A stretch of DNA of 32,000 nucleotides from Psychrobacter sp. HD31 (GCF_051097895.1 NZ_CP142525.1:2130001-2162000); one strand, 5' to 3'. Positions 1 through 11,739 are shown, counted from the first letter of the stretch. Notes: generated by a model from the letters alone, not told the origin. Program-made: numbers and translations.

Positions 1-1
1 A

Positions 2-1888
2 TCTGGCATTGAAGATTGGAAAGATAACCGAGAACAATCAGGCGAATCTTTTGAATACCGCATGGGTGATAACCATGATGGTATGTGGTTCTTTGGTAAA
101 CAAGGCAACGGCTATCATCCAAAAGAATCGAACTCCGGTTTATTAGTGATGAACCACGAATATGTTAATGCACAACATTTACACCCATCTGCCATTGGTA
201 AGAGTAAAAAAGAGTTGCATGAGGGTAAATATGTGGTGGTAGAAGACCCAACAGCAGAAAAAATCTATCAAAAGAAGCGTCTTGCCAGTGATGTACGCCG
301 AGAAGTCAATTGCCATGGTGTGGCGGTTGTTGAAATGAAGAAAAAAGCCAATGGTCAAGGTTATGAGATGGTAAAAGACTCCCCATTTAACCGCCGTGTT
401 ACCAGTGCTACCAAAGCGGTTTTGTCAGGTCCTGTGGCGGGTCATGCGTTAGTAAAAACCAAGTATGATCCATCGGGTCGCACAACACGTGGTATTAACA
501 ATAACTGTGGTGCGGGTTTATCACCTTGGGGTACATACCTAACAACAGAAGAAAACTTTTTGGGTGTGTTTGGGCGAGGTGAAGATACAAGCAAAATTGG
601 GGAAAAAGCAAATTTTGCTCGCAAGCGTTATGGCGCAAAAGAAAACTTTGCAAGCTGGGGTTACCTTTGGTATACACCCGCCGCAAAAGATGAAATCTTT
701 ACTGATGAGTTTGCTCGTTGGGATATGACGGCAAAAGAAGGTGATGCTAGTCAGGACTATCGTAATGTGTTTAATACGTTTGGTTATATTACCGAAATTG
801 ACCCATTTAATCCAAAATCTGCACCAGTTAAGCGTACGGCATTAGGTCGATTTGCGCATGAAAACTGTGCTTTTGCACCCGTTGTAGAAGGTCAACCTGT
901 TGTGTTTTATATGGGTGATGATTCTCGTGGTGAATATATTTACAAATTTGTCTCTGCAGCGAAATGGTCAAATTCCGATATTGGGGGTGGTCATCGTGCG
1001 GGTGACAAATACATGAACAAAGGCACACTGTATGTTGCTAAATTTAATGAAAATGGAACAGGTGAGTGGAAAGCCCTAAAATATGGTGTCAATGGTTTAG
1101 ATGCTTCTAACAAAGCCTTACCATTTAATAGCCAGGCAGAAGTATTAATATTTGCTCGTGCAGCGGCAGATGCAGTTCATGCAACGCGTATGGATCGCCC
1201 TGAGTGGCTGTCTGTAAGCCCTATGACGGGTGAGGTATATTGCACATTAACTAACAATGCTAAAAAGAGCCGTGTTTGGGATAACAACCCTGACGGTGGT
1301 CGTACTAAGATTGATACAGTAGCAGCTAACCCACGTAGCTATGGTAAAGGTGGTAATGTACACGGTCACATTATTCGATGGGCTGAATCTGGCAATAACC
1401 ATACAGCGACAACGTTTGAATGGGATATCTACTTATTTGCAGCACCTAATGATTTAAGTGCAGAAAACCTATCTGGTTTGAATGCCAATAATGACATGTC
1501 TGCCCCTGATGGCTTGTTTTTTGACCCACGTGGCGTACTTTGGATTGAAACCGATGACGGAAAATACACAGATACGACCAGTTGTATGCTTTTAGCTGCA
1601 TTGCCGGGTCAAGTGGGTGATGGTCAAACAACGACAACATCAGCAGGTACACAAACTCGGGTTGGTGCTGCGGCAACTGATGAAAATATTAAGCGTTTCT
1701 TTGTTGGTCCTAAAGGCTGTGAAGTAACGGGCATTACTATGACACCAGACTTTAAAACCATGTTTATTAATATTCAGCATCCAGGTGGTAACTGGTCTGC
1801 TGCAAATAATGGTTCAACACCACGTTCAGCAACGGTTATGATTACCAAAAAAGATGGCGGTGTCATCTTGGGTGAATCTATGGCATAA
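2..1888 (+). CDS. phoX: PhoX-family alkaline phosphatase (DUF839), 5'-partial
   Basis: Frame 2 is open from base 2, with no stop before the track ATG at 62, so the gene begins upstream of the window. The translation carries PhoX/DUF839-type motifs: GDNHDGM, LLVMNHEY, NNCGAGLSPWGTYLTTEEN, RMDRPEW, FINIQHPG. Confidence 0.85.
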   Translation, partial: SGIEDWKDNREQSGESFEYRMGDNHDGMWFFGKQGNGYHPKESNSGLLVMNHEYVNAQHLHPSAIGKSKKELHEGKYVVVEDPTAEKIYQKKRLASDVRREVNCHGVAVVEMKKKANGQGYEMVKDSPFNRRVTSATKAVLSGPVAGHALVKTKYDPSGRTTRGINNNCGAGLSPWGTYLTTEENFLGVFGRGEDTSKIGEKANFARKRYGAKENFASWGYLWYTPAAKDEIFTDEFARWDMTAKEGDASQDYRNVFNTFGYITEIDPFNPKSAPVKRTALGRFAHENCAFAPVVEGQPVVFYMGDDSRGEYIYKFVSAAKWSNSDIGGGHRAGDKYMNKGTLYVAKFNENGTGEWKALKYGVNGLDASNKALPFNSQAEVLIFARAAADAVHATRMDRPEWLSVSPMTGEVYCTLTNNAKKSRVWDNNPDGGRTKIDTVAANPRSYGKGGNVHGHIIRWAESGNNHTATTFEWDIYLFAAPNDLSAENLSGLNANNDMSAPDGLFFDPRGVLWIETDDGKYTDTTSCMLLAALPGQVGDGQTTTTSAGTQTRVGAAATDENIKRFFVGPKGCEVTGITMTPDFKTMFINIQHPGGNWSAANNGSTPRSATVMITKKDGGVILGESMA

Positions 1889-1921
1889 AGCCATCAAAAC
1901 AAAAGAATGAATGAGATTATT

Positions 1922-1950
1922 AAAATCACTTAAATCATTTAAGTGATTTT
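1922..1950 (+). terminator. Candidate rho-independent terminator after phoX
   Basis: Perfect 13-bp inverted repeat aaaatcacttaaa / tttaagtgatttt with a 3-nt loop, running into ttttaatttt. The stem is very AT-rich and therefore weak. Confidence 0.5.
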
Positions 1951-1986
1951 AATTTTAAGCGTTAAAATTTACAAAAGGAGCCTAAG

Positions 1987-2211
1987 ATGGGCGGACTATC
2001 GATTACACACTGGTTAATACTTTTAGCAGTTGTCGCACTTGTATTTGGCACATCAAAACTAAAGAACATAGGCAAAGACGTAGGCGGCGCAGTCAAAGAC
2101 TTTAAAGATGCCGTTAACGACGAAGAACAAGAACACGCCAACCGTGTCATTGACCATCAAAACACCACAAACAATGACACCCTAAAAAACAAAAACGAAC
2201 AAAATGTTTAG
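1987..2211 (+). CDS. tatA: Twin-arginine translocase subunit TatA
   Basis: 74 aa. N-terminal TM plus amphipathic helix, [43 protein letters not shown], typical of TatA/E. AAGGAG Shine-Dalgarno sits 6-7 nt upstream. Confidence 0.93.
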   Translation: MGGLSITHWLILLAVVALVFGTSKLKNIGKDVGGAVKDFKDAVNDEEQEHANRVIDHQNTTNNDTLKNKNEQNV

Positions 2212-2243
2212 CCCCAAGCTATAACAAACCGTAACGAGCCAGC

Positions 2244-2576
2244 ATGTTTGATATTGGATTCTCAGAAATTTTAGTTTTTGGGGCCATCGCCTTAATTGTC
2301 CTTGGTCCAGAAAAACTCCCACAAGCAGCCCGAACGGCTGGCAAATGGTATAGCAAAGCCAGACGCACCATGGCAAACCTACAAGCCGAACTAGAAAACG
2401 AACTCGACCTTGCAGAAACCCGTAAACAAATGCAAGCCGAACTCGCCAAAATACGTGAAGCCGAAGCCAATATGCAAAAAGAACTGCGTGAAATGCGTGG
2501 CAATATGCAAAAACTACAAGAAGAACAAAACCAAGAACTGGCTCAAACCAAACAAGCTGACACCCATCATGACTAA
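2244..2576 (+). CDS. tatB: Twin-arginine translocase subunit TatB
   Basis: 110 aa. MFDIGFSEILVFGAIALIVLGPEKLPQAARTAGKWYSKARR is the TatB N-terminal signature, followed by a charged helical tail. It lies directly between tatA and tatC. Confidence 0.92.
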   Translation: MFDIGFSEILVFGAIALIVLGPEKLPQAARTAGKWYSKARRTMANLQAELENELDLAETRKQMQAELAKIREAEANMQKELREMRGNMQKLQEEQNQELAQTKQADTHHD

Positions 2577-3366
2577 CACACCACCAGATACGACCCCCAT
2601 CTTATCTAAAGATGAAATAGAAGCAGATGACAGCTTAGCTAACTCACCAATTATTGATCACTTAGTAGAACTGCGTCGTCGTTTGGTAAAAGTATTTGCT
2701 GGCGTATTGGTTATCTTTTTAGCACTGATTGGCTTTTCTCGCCAATTATACGACTTTTTCTCTGACCCTTTGGTGGCTCAGTTACCTGCCAATGCCTCAA
2801 TGATAGCAACCGATGTGACCACCCCATTTATGGCACCACTTCGGTTAACCTTGTTTGTTGCTGCCTTTATTGCCATGCCTTATATTTTGTATCAGGTATG
2901 GGCATTTGTGGCACCAGGGCTGTATAAAAAAGAGAAAAAAATCGCCATTCCTATTTTGTTGGCTTCGGTTGTTTTATTTTATGCGGGGGTGGCATTTGCT
3001 TATTTTATTGTACTACAAGGTGTCTTAAAGTTTTTTATTGTGTTTTCGCCAGAAAATGTGTTGCCGATGACGGATATTAATAGTTATCTTAGTTTTGCGA
3101 TGAAGTTGTTTTTGGTGTTTGGGGCAACGTTTGAGATTCCTGTGGTGACGTTATTGTTGGTGTTGGCAGGGGTGGTATCTACTGAGGCTTTAGAAGATAA
3201 ACGCCGTTATATTATTGTGGGCTGTTTTGCGGTTGCTGCGATTGTGACGCCACCTGATGGGGTGTCTATGTTGATGCTTGCTATCCCTATGTGGTTGTTG
3301 TTTGAACTCGGGCTGGTTTTGGCTAAGGTTTTGGGTAAAGAACGACAAGCGGATGCGGTTGTTTAA
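2569..3366 (+). CDS. tatC: Twin-arginine translocase subunit TatC
   Basis: The track ORF starts at 2410, but its first 53 residues are Lys-rich and overlap tatB out of frame. The in-frame ATG at 2569 (MTNTPPD...) overlaps the tatB 3' end by 8 nt and gives a 265-aa polytopic protein with TatC-like segments (IDHLVELRRRL, VTPPDGVSM). Confidence 0.9.
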   Translation: MTNTPPDTTPILSKDEIEADDSLANSPIIDHLVELRRRLVKVFAGVLVIFLALIGFSRQLYDFFSDPLVAQLPANASMIATDVTTPFMAPLRLTLFVAAFIAMPYILYQVWAFVAPGLYKKEKKIAIPILLASVVLFYAGVAFAYFIVLQGVLKFFIVFSPENVLPMTDINSYLSFAMKLFLVFGATFEIPVVTLLLVLAGVVSTEALEDKRRYIIVGCFAVAAIVTPPDGVSMLMLAIPMWLLFELGLVLAKVLGKERQADAVV

Positions 3367-3506
3367 TTGGTGTGTTTTCACGCTTTAATCTTTTAGTCAT
3401 TTTAAACTAGGCTTGTTACCATTGGCTGCTAAAATCAAAAGGCATAATGGCAAATGTGTTATCATTTTGGCTGTTAAAATTTATAGATTAATCAGCGAGC
3501 CATTGC

Positions 3507-4979
3507 ATGCGTCATAAGCCAGCTAACAAAAAAGCAAATCAGCGCTTTAAACAAAAAAATCTGACTCAAAAACAAAAATTGCCAATCATAGAATTGGCTA
3601 TTACTGGGTTAACTCATGATGGGCGAGGGGTTGCCACCTATCAACAAGGTGAAAAGCAAGGCAAAAAAGTGTTTGTTAGCTTTGCTTTACCTAATGAAGT
3701 GGTAAAAGCACAGCTCACTAACCAGCGTAAAAATTATGAAGAAGCTGAAGCAGTTGAGGTTATTGAACCGTTAAATAAACACAGACAAAACCCCTTTTGT
3801 CAGCATTTTGCTCAATGTGGTGGTTGTAGCTTGCAACATTGGCAAGCTGATGGACAACTTGCTTTTAAACAATCGGTACTTGCCGAGCACTTTCAGCACC
3901 AAGCGGATATACAACCTGACGAGTGGCTGACTCCCATTGTTGGCGATACAGTAGGGTATCGTACCAAAGCGAGGTTGGGTGTGCGCTATTTGTCTGGCAA
4001 ACGAGGCGCAAAAAATAACCAAGGTAAACTGGTGCTGGGCTTTCGTGAGCGTGCTAGTAACCGCTTGACGAATATCAGCCAATGCCCTGTGCTGGATAAA
4101 CGTATTAATAATGAAATCACCAATCTAAAAACACTATTAAAAAGCTTGCAGGGTGTGCAGCATATTACACATATTGAAGTTGCGGTAGGAGAAAAAATAT
4201 CAAACTTAATTGATGGTGATAGCAATATAGCGATGATTATCCGTCATGTGCAGCCTTTGGTTAGCAAAGATATTGACAAATTAAGTGCGTTTTTTGAGCA
4301 ACGAAAGTGGCAACTGTATCTACAACCAAAAGGGATAAACAGTATTTATCGTGTAGGGTGTGCCACGCAGCAAAAAAATACAAAAAAGCTCGGTCGGCTT
4401 TATTATCAATTGCCTGACTTCGGTTTGGTATATGAGTTTGTGCCAACCGACTTTACGCAAGTGAATCAGTCGGTCAATCACCAAATGGTTAAGCAAGCTT
4501 GTGACTTATTAAAACTACAACCTGGTGAGCGTGTGCTTGATTTATTTAGTGGTTTGGGCAATTTTAGTTTACCAATGGCAAAGTTGGTGAATAAACAAGG
4601 GATGGTAATTGGTGTGGAAGGCAGTAATAAAATGACTCAAAGAGCCAAAGATAACGCCAAACGTAATTTGCTAGAAAACACCCAGTTTTATACGCAAGAC
4701 TTAACCCAAGACCTATCAAAGTGTGAATGGGCATCAGAATCTTTTGATGCCTTGCTTATTGACCCACCAAGAGCAGGGGCGTGGGAAGTGATGCAATATA
4801 TCCCAAAATTTAATGCCAAAAGGATAGTTTATGTGTCTTGCGACCCAGCAACCCTTGCACGGGATAGTAAAGCCTTACTTGAGCAAGGCTATAAATTGAC
4901 ACACGCTGGGGTGATGGATATGTTTTGTCACACAGCGCATGTTGAGTCAATAGCTCGATTTGAAAAAATTGCTGATTAG
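3507..4979 (+). CDS. rlmD: 23S rRNA (uracil-C5)-methyltransferase RlmD/RumA family
   Basis: 490 aa. TRAM-like N-terminus (LTHDGRGVA...VFV), Fe-S cysteine cluster [14 protein letters not shown] plus a downstream CPV, and SAM methyltransferase motifs [32 protein letters not shown]. Confidence 0.88.
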   Translation: MRHKPANKKANQRFKQKNLTQKQKLPIIELAITGLTHDGRGVATYQQGEKQGKKVFVSFALPNEVVKAQLTNQRKNYEEAEAVEVIEPLNKHRQNPFCQHFAQCGGCSLQHWQADGQLAFKQSVLAEHFQHQADIQPDEWLTPIVGDTVGYRTKARLGVRYLSGKRGAKNNQGKLVLGFRERASNRLTNISQCPVLDKRINNEITNLKTLLKSLQGVQHITHIEVAVGEKISNLIDGDSNIAMIIRHVQPLVSKDIDKLSAFFEQRKWQLYLQPKGINSIYRVGCATQQKNTKKLGRLYYQLPDFGLVYEFVPTDFTQVNQSVNHQMVKQACDLLKLQPGERVLDLFSGLGNFSLPMAKLVNKQGMVIGVEGSNKMTQRAKDNAKRNLLENTQFYTQDLTQDLSKCEWASESFDALLIDPPRAGAWEVMQYIPKFNAKRIVYVSCDPATLARDSKALLEQGYKLTHAGVMDMFCHTAHVESIARFEKIAD

Positions 4980-5102
4980 TCAATAAAATTAAAAATCAAT
5001 CATGCCAGTATATGATGTATCGAGTTTTTGTTGTGTTTTAATTCGCTGTACTTTAATAGGCTTATTAAGCAAGATAATTAAGTTGCTATATTTTTTTAAA
5101 CA

Positions 5103-7958
5103 TTATTGATTTTTTAATGCATAAACCCAATCCAAGGCTTGCTTTGCGGTCATTTCATCTGGATCAATCTCATTGATTAGTGCATTTAATGCATCAAATT
5201 TGGCTGCTTTTTTTGCCACTTTGTCGGTTTGTTCTTTTTCTTTTGCAAAATCAAATAAATCTGCCTGCGTATGTTTATCTGGCAATGTTTTTTGAGATTT
5301 GTTAACTTTGGCGTGTTGGGACTGCTGAACAAGATAATGATTTAAATACTCTTGTGCTTGGGTCAAAACATCATTTGGTACGCCAGCCATTTTAGCAACA
5401 TGCAAACCAAAGCTTGAGTTTGCGGCACCCTCTCGTATTTGGTGCAATAGTAATAATTTGCCTTCAATCTCGCTGGCAGCGACATGCATGTTTCTCATAT
5501 TTTGATGGGTATCGGCAACTTGTGTTAGCTCAAAATAGTGGGTAGCAAATAGGGTTAAGCAGCGCATATCTGCCAAGCGTTTTACACAGGCAAACGCCAT
5601 TGCTAGCCCATCGGTTGTGCTAGTACCACGCCCAACTTCATCCATCAGTACTAAGGCTTTGTCTGTTGCCAAATTGAGTATGTGTGCTGTTTCAATCATC
5701 TCAACCATAAAGGTAGACTTGCCACCGGCAAGGTCATCCGCCGAACCAATGCGAGTAAAAATACGGTCGATGTCACCAATGGTGGCGTGTTCGGCAGGGA
5801 CAAAACTGCCACAGCTGGCTAACAAAACAATTAATGCCACTTGTCGCATGTAGGTGGATTTACCCCCCATATTAGGACCTGTGATTAACAGTAAATGCTC
5901 TGGATGCGTGTTTGTGCCCATGCTGCTGTCGTTGGCAACAAAGTGATTGGCAATATGCGCTGAGCCAGATGCCGTGCCAGTTTGTTGGCTGGCAATTAAA
6001 CCGGCTTCAACCACCAAATGGCGACCTTTTTTAATATCTAATATGCCAGACTTTGTGCTCATGGTTGGGCGTTGCCAATGGTATTTAGTGGCAAGCATTG
6101 CCCAGTTGATAAGCACATCAATCTGTGCAATGGATTGAGCCAACTGTTGCAGGTTACTGACCTGGCTAGCAAGTTGCGCTAATAACTGGTTATAAAGTAG
6201 TTTTTCTTTTGCCAATGCCTGTGACTGAGCCGTTAGATAATCATTTTCTAGTGTTTTTAGCTCATCGGTAATGTAACGCTCACTATTTTTTAAAGTTTGC
6301 CTGCGTATAAATTCGCTAGGGGCAGCGTCTGCTTGCCCTTTTGGTAACTCAAAATAAAAGCCACTCACTTTGTTAAAACCAACTTTTAAACTGGGTAAAT
6401 GATACTGAGCAGTCAGAGTGCTTGCCATGGTGTCCAAGGTGTCTTGCACATTGTCATGTAAATGCGTTAAACGATCAAATTCCTCGTCATAGCCTGTTTT
6501 AATCATACCGCCATCACGGATGTGAGCAGGGGGCTCTTCAACAATGGCTTGCTCAATTAAGCTGGCAATATCATCTAAAATCGAGGTTGCGCTTGGTAGG
6601 TTGGTTAACAGCATTGGCAACAACCCATTTTGTGCCGCGTTAACCTTTAATTTGTTTAATTGAGTTTCTATTACTGTACTCAAACGGATGCTATCGGCAA
6701 GTCGTCTTAAATCACGTGGTTTGGCTGAGTTAAGGCTAATACGACTGCTAATACGCTCAATATCTGCAAAGTCTGCTAGCGTATCTTGCAAGCTCTTTAG
6801 GTGCGCTTCGTTACTATTTTTTAGCAAGGTTTCAATGGCATCAGCCCTAAGTTTGATATGTTCTCGCTTACGCAATGGGCGTTTAATTTGCTGTGGTAAT
6901 AAACGTCTGCCCATTGGTGTTTGGCAGTGGTTAAGTACCTCAATCAAAGATGTACCATTTGGGCTAATACTGTAAAAAATCTCTAAATTACGCTGGCAAA
7001 TATCATCAATAATTAAGTAATCTTGCGAGTTTTCAACCACCAGTTGGTTAACATGCGGTATCTGCCGTTGTTGGGTCTGTCTTGCATAATGGATGAGCGC
7101 TGCCGTGCTTGTTTGAGCAAGTGTACTGTGTGCAATGCCTAAGCCATCAACATGGCGAACATCAAACTGTTGGCAAATGGTTGCCGCGGCATGCTTGGCA
7201 GAAAAATCACTACTGGCAATCTCAATAACCGCACATTTTAGGGTTTGTTGTAACCACAGGTTTATATCATCATCCCCAATTTTTATTTGGTTGGCGCTAA
7301 TGCCTTCACTAATTAAACATTCGCTTGGCTCAAAACGTGCCAGTACAGTGGCAAGCTCGTTTTTAATTTGTTTGGCATCAGTACCTTCAATGCTTTGGCA
7401 AATTACTTTACCAGCAGCGATGTCCAAACGACTAACACCTATTTTGTATTGCGACTTTTTATGGTTTATATCAAAATCTATGGCAACCACGCTGGGAGTT
7501 TGGCTAGTACCATGACTGGCGGCAATAAGCGTATCTTCGGTAATGGTACCAGCGGTTAGGGTACGTACCACTTCACGTTTCATAATGCCTTTGGCGGGTT
7601 TACCATTTGTTTTGTTTTGGTTGGTTTCTTCTTCCATTTGCTCACAAATGACAACGGTTTGTCCTTTGGCAATCATGCGGGCCATGTAACTGTCGGCAGC
7701 ATGAAAAGGCACACCTGCCATGGGGATATTTTGTCCAGCTTTGTCGTTACCGCGGCGAGTTAACGTAATGTCTAGCAGGCGTGCTGCTTTTTTGGCATCT
7801 TCAAAAAACAATTCATAAAAATCCCCCATGCGATATAGCAACAAAGCATTGGGATACTTTGCCTTCATTTGCAGGTATTGCACCATCATTGGGGTATGGT
7901 TGTTTAGGTCGTAGGTTTGGTTGTCTATTTTTAAAATGTTTTCGCTCGTTAGTGTCAT
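5103..7958 (-). CDS. mutS: DNA mismatch repair protein MutS
   Basis: 951 aa. [12 protein letters not shown]...[11 protein letters not shown] mismatch-binding N-terminus, Walker [14 protein letters not shown], Walker B/sensor [24 protein letters not shown]. Confidence 0.96.
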   Translation of the reverse strand: MTLTSENILKIDNQTYDLNNHTPMMVQYLQMKAKYPNALLLYRMGDFYELFFEDAKKAARLLDITLTRRGNDKAGQNIPMAGVPFHAADSYMARMIAKGQTVVICEQMEEETNQNKTNGKPAKGIMKREVVRTLTAGTITEDTLIAASHGTSQTPSVVAIDFDINHKKSQYKIGVSRLDIAAGKVICQSIEGTDAKQIKNELATVLARFEPSECLISEGISANQIKIGDDDINLWLQQTLKCAVIEIASSDFSAKHAAATICQQFDVRHVDGLGIAHSTLAQTSTAALIHYARQTQQRQIPHVNQLVVENSQDYLIIDDICQRNLEIFYSISPNGTSLIEVLNHCQTPMGRRLLPQQIKRPLRKREHIKLRADAIETLLKNSNEAHLKSLQDTLADFADIERISSRISLNSAKPRDLRRLADSIRLSTVIETQLNKLKVNAAQNGLLPMLLTNLPSATSILDDIASLIEQAIVEEPPAHIRDGGMIKTGYDEEFDRLTHLHDNVQDTLDTMASTLTAQYHLPSLKVGFNKVSGFYFELPKGQADAAPSEFIRRQTLKNSERYITDELKTLENDYLTAQSQALAKEKLLYNQLLAQLASQVSNLQQLAQSIAQIDVLINWAMLATKYHWQRPTMSTKSGILDIKKGRHLVVEAGLIASQQTGTASGSAHIANHFVANDSSMGTNTHPEHLLLITGPNMGGKSTYMRQVALIVLLASCGSFVPAEHATIGDIDRIFTRIGSADDLAGGKSTFMVEMIETAHILNLATDKALVLMDEVGRGTSTTDGLAMAFACVKRLADMRCLTLFATHYFELTQVADTHQNMRNMHVAASEIEGKLLLLHQIREGAANSSFGLHVAKMAGVPNDVLTQAQEYLNHYLVQQSQHAKVNKSQKTLPDKHTQADLFDFAKEKEQTDKVAKKAAKFDALNALINEIDPDEMTAKQALDWVYALKNQ

Positions 7959-8063
7959 GGCGTTGGGATAGCTTGGTTATTGTAAATCTGGATTAATATG
8001 GCATTTTAGCATGGTAAACTAGGGCAAACGTAATCAATTTATTTAAAATTAACATGGGGTTTT

Positions 8064-8657
8064 ATGTCACGCATTAAAGGCAAAAAAATCATAACCAACA
8101 TATCGCAAGTTATTTCTGGCAATCAGATAGAAAAAAACTTAAAACTTGCCATTCAGTATCATTTTATAAAAAAGAAATACAGCGTATTTTTAGAAAAAAA
8201 CATTGCCACACAAATGACTTTGCCAGACTTATGCAAAGTAGATGCCAGTCTTGCTGACTTAAAGTTTGATGAAACTACCCGCAGATACCGTGCTGATGTA
8301 TTAGCAATTAATACCAAAAGTGAAGTGGTTATTATCGAGATAAAGTCTTCAAAAAAAGATTATACCTCAGACAATAAGTTTTTAAATTATCGTCACTATT
8401 GCGACAAACTTTATTTGGCAGTAACCGATGATTGGTTAACCCAAGCAATGATTGATGACATACCAAAAGGAGTTGGAATTATCCATGTATCGTTAGATAT
8501 TGAAAATAAACCCGTTTTTCATTACCTGCGTAAAGCACGCAAACTTAACATGTTAAAGTCTGGCACGCGTTATGCCATGATGGTTAACCTTGCTTGGCAT
8601 TCTGGGTTATCGGTTAAGCAAGTGATGCTAAGAAAACCTGTGATTAAGCCTGACTAA
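8064..8657 (+). CDS. MmcB-like PD-(D/E)XK nuclease family protein (putative DNA repair endonuclease)
   Basis: 197 aa. Core YRADVLAINTKSEVVIIEIKSSKKDYTSDNKFLNYRHYCDKLYLAV has the D...E-x-K arrangement and the (E)IKSS...Y..YCD..(F/Y) pattern I associate with the MmcB/DUF1052 family. The assignment comes from motif memory only. Confidence 0.6.
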   Translation: MSRIKGKKIITNISQVISGNQIEKNLKLAIQYHFIKKKYSVFLEKNIATQMTLPDLCKVDASLADLKFDETTRRYRADVLAINTKSEVVIIEIKSSKKDYTSDNKFLNYRHYCDKLYLAVTDDWLTQAMIDDIPKGVGIIHVSLDIENKPVFHYLRKARKLNMLKSGTRYAMMVNLAWHSGLSVKQVMLRKPVIKPD

Positions 8658-8842
8658 AAACTAAAAATAACTCAAAGGATTAGCTAAAGGTAGTCGAATT
8701 GTTTTTAATTTTGGTTGCTTTTTATGTAAAACCATACAAATTCTCCTGATATTCTTGTATTCATACAAAGCGTGACCATATATAATAGGTGGATTAATTT
8801 TTTCCCTATTTTTTATTTTAAGCACTCTCTAGGTTTTAAACT

Positions 8843-11665
8843 ATGTTAAACAAAGTTATCAGCACAGTTATTGGCACTAAAAATGACCGTGAGCTGAAGC
8901 GAATGAGAAAAACCGTTGAAAAAATCAATGGATATGAATCACAAATTCAAGCATTAAGCGATGAAGCATTAACTGCCAAAACGGCAGAATTTCAAAAACG
9001 CCATAAAGAAGGTGAAAGCCTAGATAAACTGTTACCAGAAGCTTTTGCGGTATGTCGTGAAGCATCTATCCGTATTAATGGTATGCGCCATTATGATGTA
9101 CAGCTGATTGGTGGTATTGTGCTCCACGATGGCAAAATTGCCGAAATGAAAACAGGGGAAGGTAAAACGCTAATGGCAACCTTAGCCATTTATCTAAATG
9201 CGTTAAGTGGCAAAGGTGTGCATATTGTTACAGTAAACGACTATCTGGCAAGACGTGATGCCGAGCTAAATGCTCCTTTATTTAACTTTTTAGGGCTAAC
9301 AATTGGGGTGGTTTACTCACAGCAACCGCCGATGGAAAAAGTCGGTGCTTATCAAGCGGATATTACCTACGGTACTAACAATGAATATGGCTTTGACTAC
9401 CTGCGTGACAATATGGTGTTTAGCCTAGAAGAAAAAAAACAGCGTCCATTAAACTTTTGTATTATTGATGAAATTGATTCAATTCTAATTGATGAGGCAC
9501 GTACACCACTCATTATCTCTGGTCAAGCAGATGACTCTTCTCATACCTATAAGGTGATTAACGACATCATCCCACGTTTAAAGCGTTCTGATGATGAAGA
9601 AGCCAACCGAGAAAACACCGCCGATGATTTTTGGATTGATGAAAAAAACCGCGGTATCGAGATTAGTGAAAAAGGCTATGAAAAAATAGAAGACTTCTTA
9701 GTAGAAGTCGGTGAAATGAAAGCGGGTGAAAGTCTTTATAGTCCTACTCGCTTACCACTACTTGCTCATGTACAAGCAGCGATACGTGCGCATCACCTGT
9801 TTGCTAAAAACGTTAACTACATTGTGCAAGAAGGTGAGGTAGTTATTGTTGATGAAAACACAGGTCGTACTATGCCTGGCAGACGTTGGTCAGAAGGTTT
9901 GCACCAAGCAGTAGAAGCAAAAGAAGGGGTTGAGATTCAGCCAGAAAACCAAACGATGGCGACCACCACCTTCCAAAACTACTTCCGTTTGTATGACAAA
10001 CTATCTGGTATGACGGGTACAGCAGATACAGAAGCAGCAGAATTTAAATCAACTTACGACTTAGATGTGGTGGTGATTCCTACTCATCGCCCAATTGCCC
10101 GTTTGGATTTAGATGACCAAATCTTTTTAAGCAAGCTTGGTAAATACAAAGGCATTATGCGACAGATTCAAGAAATCCAAGCAAAAGGTGCCCCTGTACT
10201 GATTGGTACAGCAACTATTGAGGCCAGTGAGGAATTGTCCTATTTATTAGACCAAGCAGGTATTAAACATAATGTGCTAAACGCCAAGCAACATGAGCGT
10301 GAGGCAGAAATTATTGCACAGGCAGGCGCACCAAGAGCGGTTACCATTGCAACCAACATGGCAGGTCGTGGTACGGATATTATTTTGGGTGGTAACTGGC
10401 AAGCCCAAGTAGAAGACTTAAGCACGCTAACCGAAGATGAAAAACAGCGTTTACTAGACGATTGGAAAATACGTAACCAACAAGTAATTGATGCCGGTGG
10501 TTTGCATATTATTGGTTCAGAACGTCATGAGTCTCGCCGTATTGATAACCAATTGCGTGGTCGTGCAGGTCGTCAGGGTGACCCAGGCATGTCTCGCTTC
10601 TTTTTATCATTAGAAGATGACTTAATGCGTATTTTTGCAGGCGACCGTGTTATGAATATGATGCGAGCGATGGGATTAAAAGAAGACGAAGCCATTGAAC
10701 ATAAAATGGTTTCTCGCTCTATCGAAAACGCTCAAACTAAAGTTGAAGCACGTGACTTTGATGCTCGTAAAAACCTCCTAAAATATGATGATGTTGCCAA
10801 TGAGCAACGTAAAGTGATTTATAAGCAGCGTGATGAGTTGTTGGCAGAGGCAGACTTGCAAGCTTCTATCGAGTCGATGCACCATGATGTTTATAACGCC
10901 ATGATTGACGAGTTTATCCCACCTGGATCGGTTGAAGATCAATGGAATATTGATGGTTTAGAGGATGAACTAGAAGATGAATTTAAAGTTTATATTCCAA
11001 TTAACGACTGGTTGGATGAAGACCGTCGTTTAGATGAAGAAGGTATCCGCGAAAGAGTGGTTAACATGGCATTAGCACGTTATCACGAACGTCGAGAAAC
11101 AATGGGAGAATCGAATGGTGGCAGATTAGAGCGTCATTTAATGTTGCAAAGTTTAGATCGCCATTGGAAAGAACACTTAACGCAAATGGATCAGTTGCGT
11201 AAAGGTATCCATTTACGTGGTTATGCGCAAAAAAACCCAGAGCAGGAGTATAAACGTGAATCGTTTGATTTGTTCCAATCGATGATGGGGGCAATTAAAT
11301 CTGATACAGTGCAAGATCTGTCGCGGGTGCATGTACCAACTAAAGAAGAAATGGAAGCACTGCAAGAACAACAACGCCTTGAAGCAGAACGATTACGTGA
11401 ACAAATGCAGTTTAAGCACCAAGAAATGGGTTCAATAACGGCAGAAGACAATAAAAATGCAGAGTCACAGCGTAGCCAGCCACTCGCTAAACAAGCAGGG
11501 CAAGTACATATGAGTGTTGGCACAGCGGGTAGTGCTGTGCAAGCAAACCAAACGGCAACTTCAAACGATGAAGAAAATCCATATGCCAATATGAATATTA
11601 GTCGAAATGCGCCATGCCCCTGTGGTTCTGGACTTAAATATAAACAATGCCATGGCAAAATTTAA
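8843..11665 (+). CDS. secA: Preprotein translocase ATPase SecA
   Basis: 940 aa. N-terminus [23 protein letters not shown], motor motifs [38 protein letters not shown], and C-terminal zinc-binding tail [15 protein letters not shown]. Confidence 0.97.
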   Translation: MLNKVISTVIGTKNDRELKRMRKTVEKINGYESQIQALSDEALTAKTAEFQKRHKEGESLDKLLPEAFAVCREASIRINGMRHYDVQLIGGIVLHDGKIAEMKTGEGKTLMATLAIYLNALSGKGVHIVTVNDYLARRDAELNAPLFNFLGLTIGVVYSQQPPMEKVGAYQADITYGTNNEYGFDYLRDNMVFSLEEKKQRPLNFCIIDEIDSILIDEARTPLIISGQADDSSHTYKVINDIIPRLKRSDDEEANRENTADDFWIDEKNRGIEISEKGYEKIEDFLVEVGEMKAGESLYSPTRLPLLAHVQAAIRAHHLFAKNVNYIVQEGEVVIVDENTGRTMPGRRWSEGLHQAVEAKEGVEIQPENQTMATTTFQNYFRLYDKLSGMTGTADTEAAEFKSTYDLDVVVIPTHRPIARLDLDDQIFLSKLGKYKGIMRQIQEIQAKGAPVLIGTATIEASEELSYLLDQAGIKHNVLNAKQHEREAEIIAQAGAPRAVTIATNMAGRGTDIILGGNWQAQVEDLSTLTEDEKQRLLDDWKIRNQQVIDAGGLHIIGSERHESRRIDNQLRGRAGRQGDPGMSRFFLSLEDDLMRIFAGDRVMNMMRAMGLKEDEAIEHKMVSRSIENAQTKVEARDFDARKNLLKYDDVANEQRKVIYKQRDELLAEADLQASIESMHHDVYNAMIDEFIPPGSVEDQWNIDGLEDELEDEFKVYIPINDWLDEDRRLDEEGIRERVVNMALARYHERRETMGESNGGRLERHLMLQSLDRHWKEHLTQMDQLRKGIHLRGYAQKNPEQEYKRESFDLFQSMMGAIKSDTVQDLSRVHVPTKEEMEALQEQQRLEAERLREQMQFKHQEMGSITAEDNKNAESQRSQPLAKQAGQVHMSVGTAGSAVQANQTATSNDEENPYANMNISRNAPCPCGSGLKYKQCHGKI

Positions 11666-11702
11666 CTCCTAAAAACTTAAATATTATTAGTTGTTTTACA
11701 AT

Positions 11703-11739
11703 AAAAACCCAAAGACAATACAAACGCTTTGGGTTTTTT
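11703..11739 (+). terminator. Rho-independent terminator after secA
   Basis: aaaaacccaaag ... ctttgggtttttt: stem cccaaag/ctttggg (11708-11714 / 11727-11733) followed by T6. Confidence 0.8.

Noticed and set aside
2410-2568. N-terminal 53-aa extension of tatC suggested by the ORF track (MQKPVNKCKPNSPKYVK...).
   Set aside because: It overlaps tatB in another frame and is Lys/Asn/Cys-rich and unlike TatC. The in-frame ATG at 2569, coupled to the tatB stop, gives a normal-length TatC.
8740-8842. Promoter or secM-like leader upstream of secA (TTGTAT-tc-ATACAA inverted repeat and a TATAAT-like hexamer near 8784-8789).
   Set aside because: I could not pair the -10 with a properly spaced -35, and there is no leader-peptide ORF. 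The evidence is too weak to annotate.
11221-11658. 145-aa minus-strand ORF and other antisense or off-frame ORFs inside secA, mutS, rlmD, phoX, the symporter and the TonB receptor.
   Set aside because: All are nested within high-confidence CDSs on the other strand or frame, and none has a recognisable domain or translation-initiation signal.
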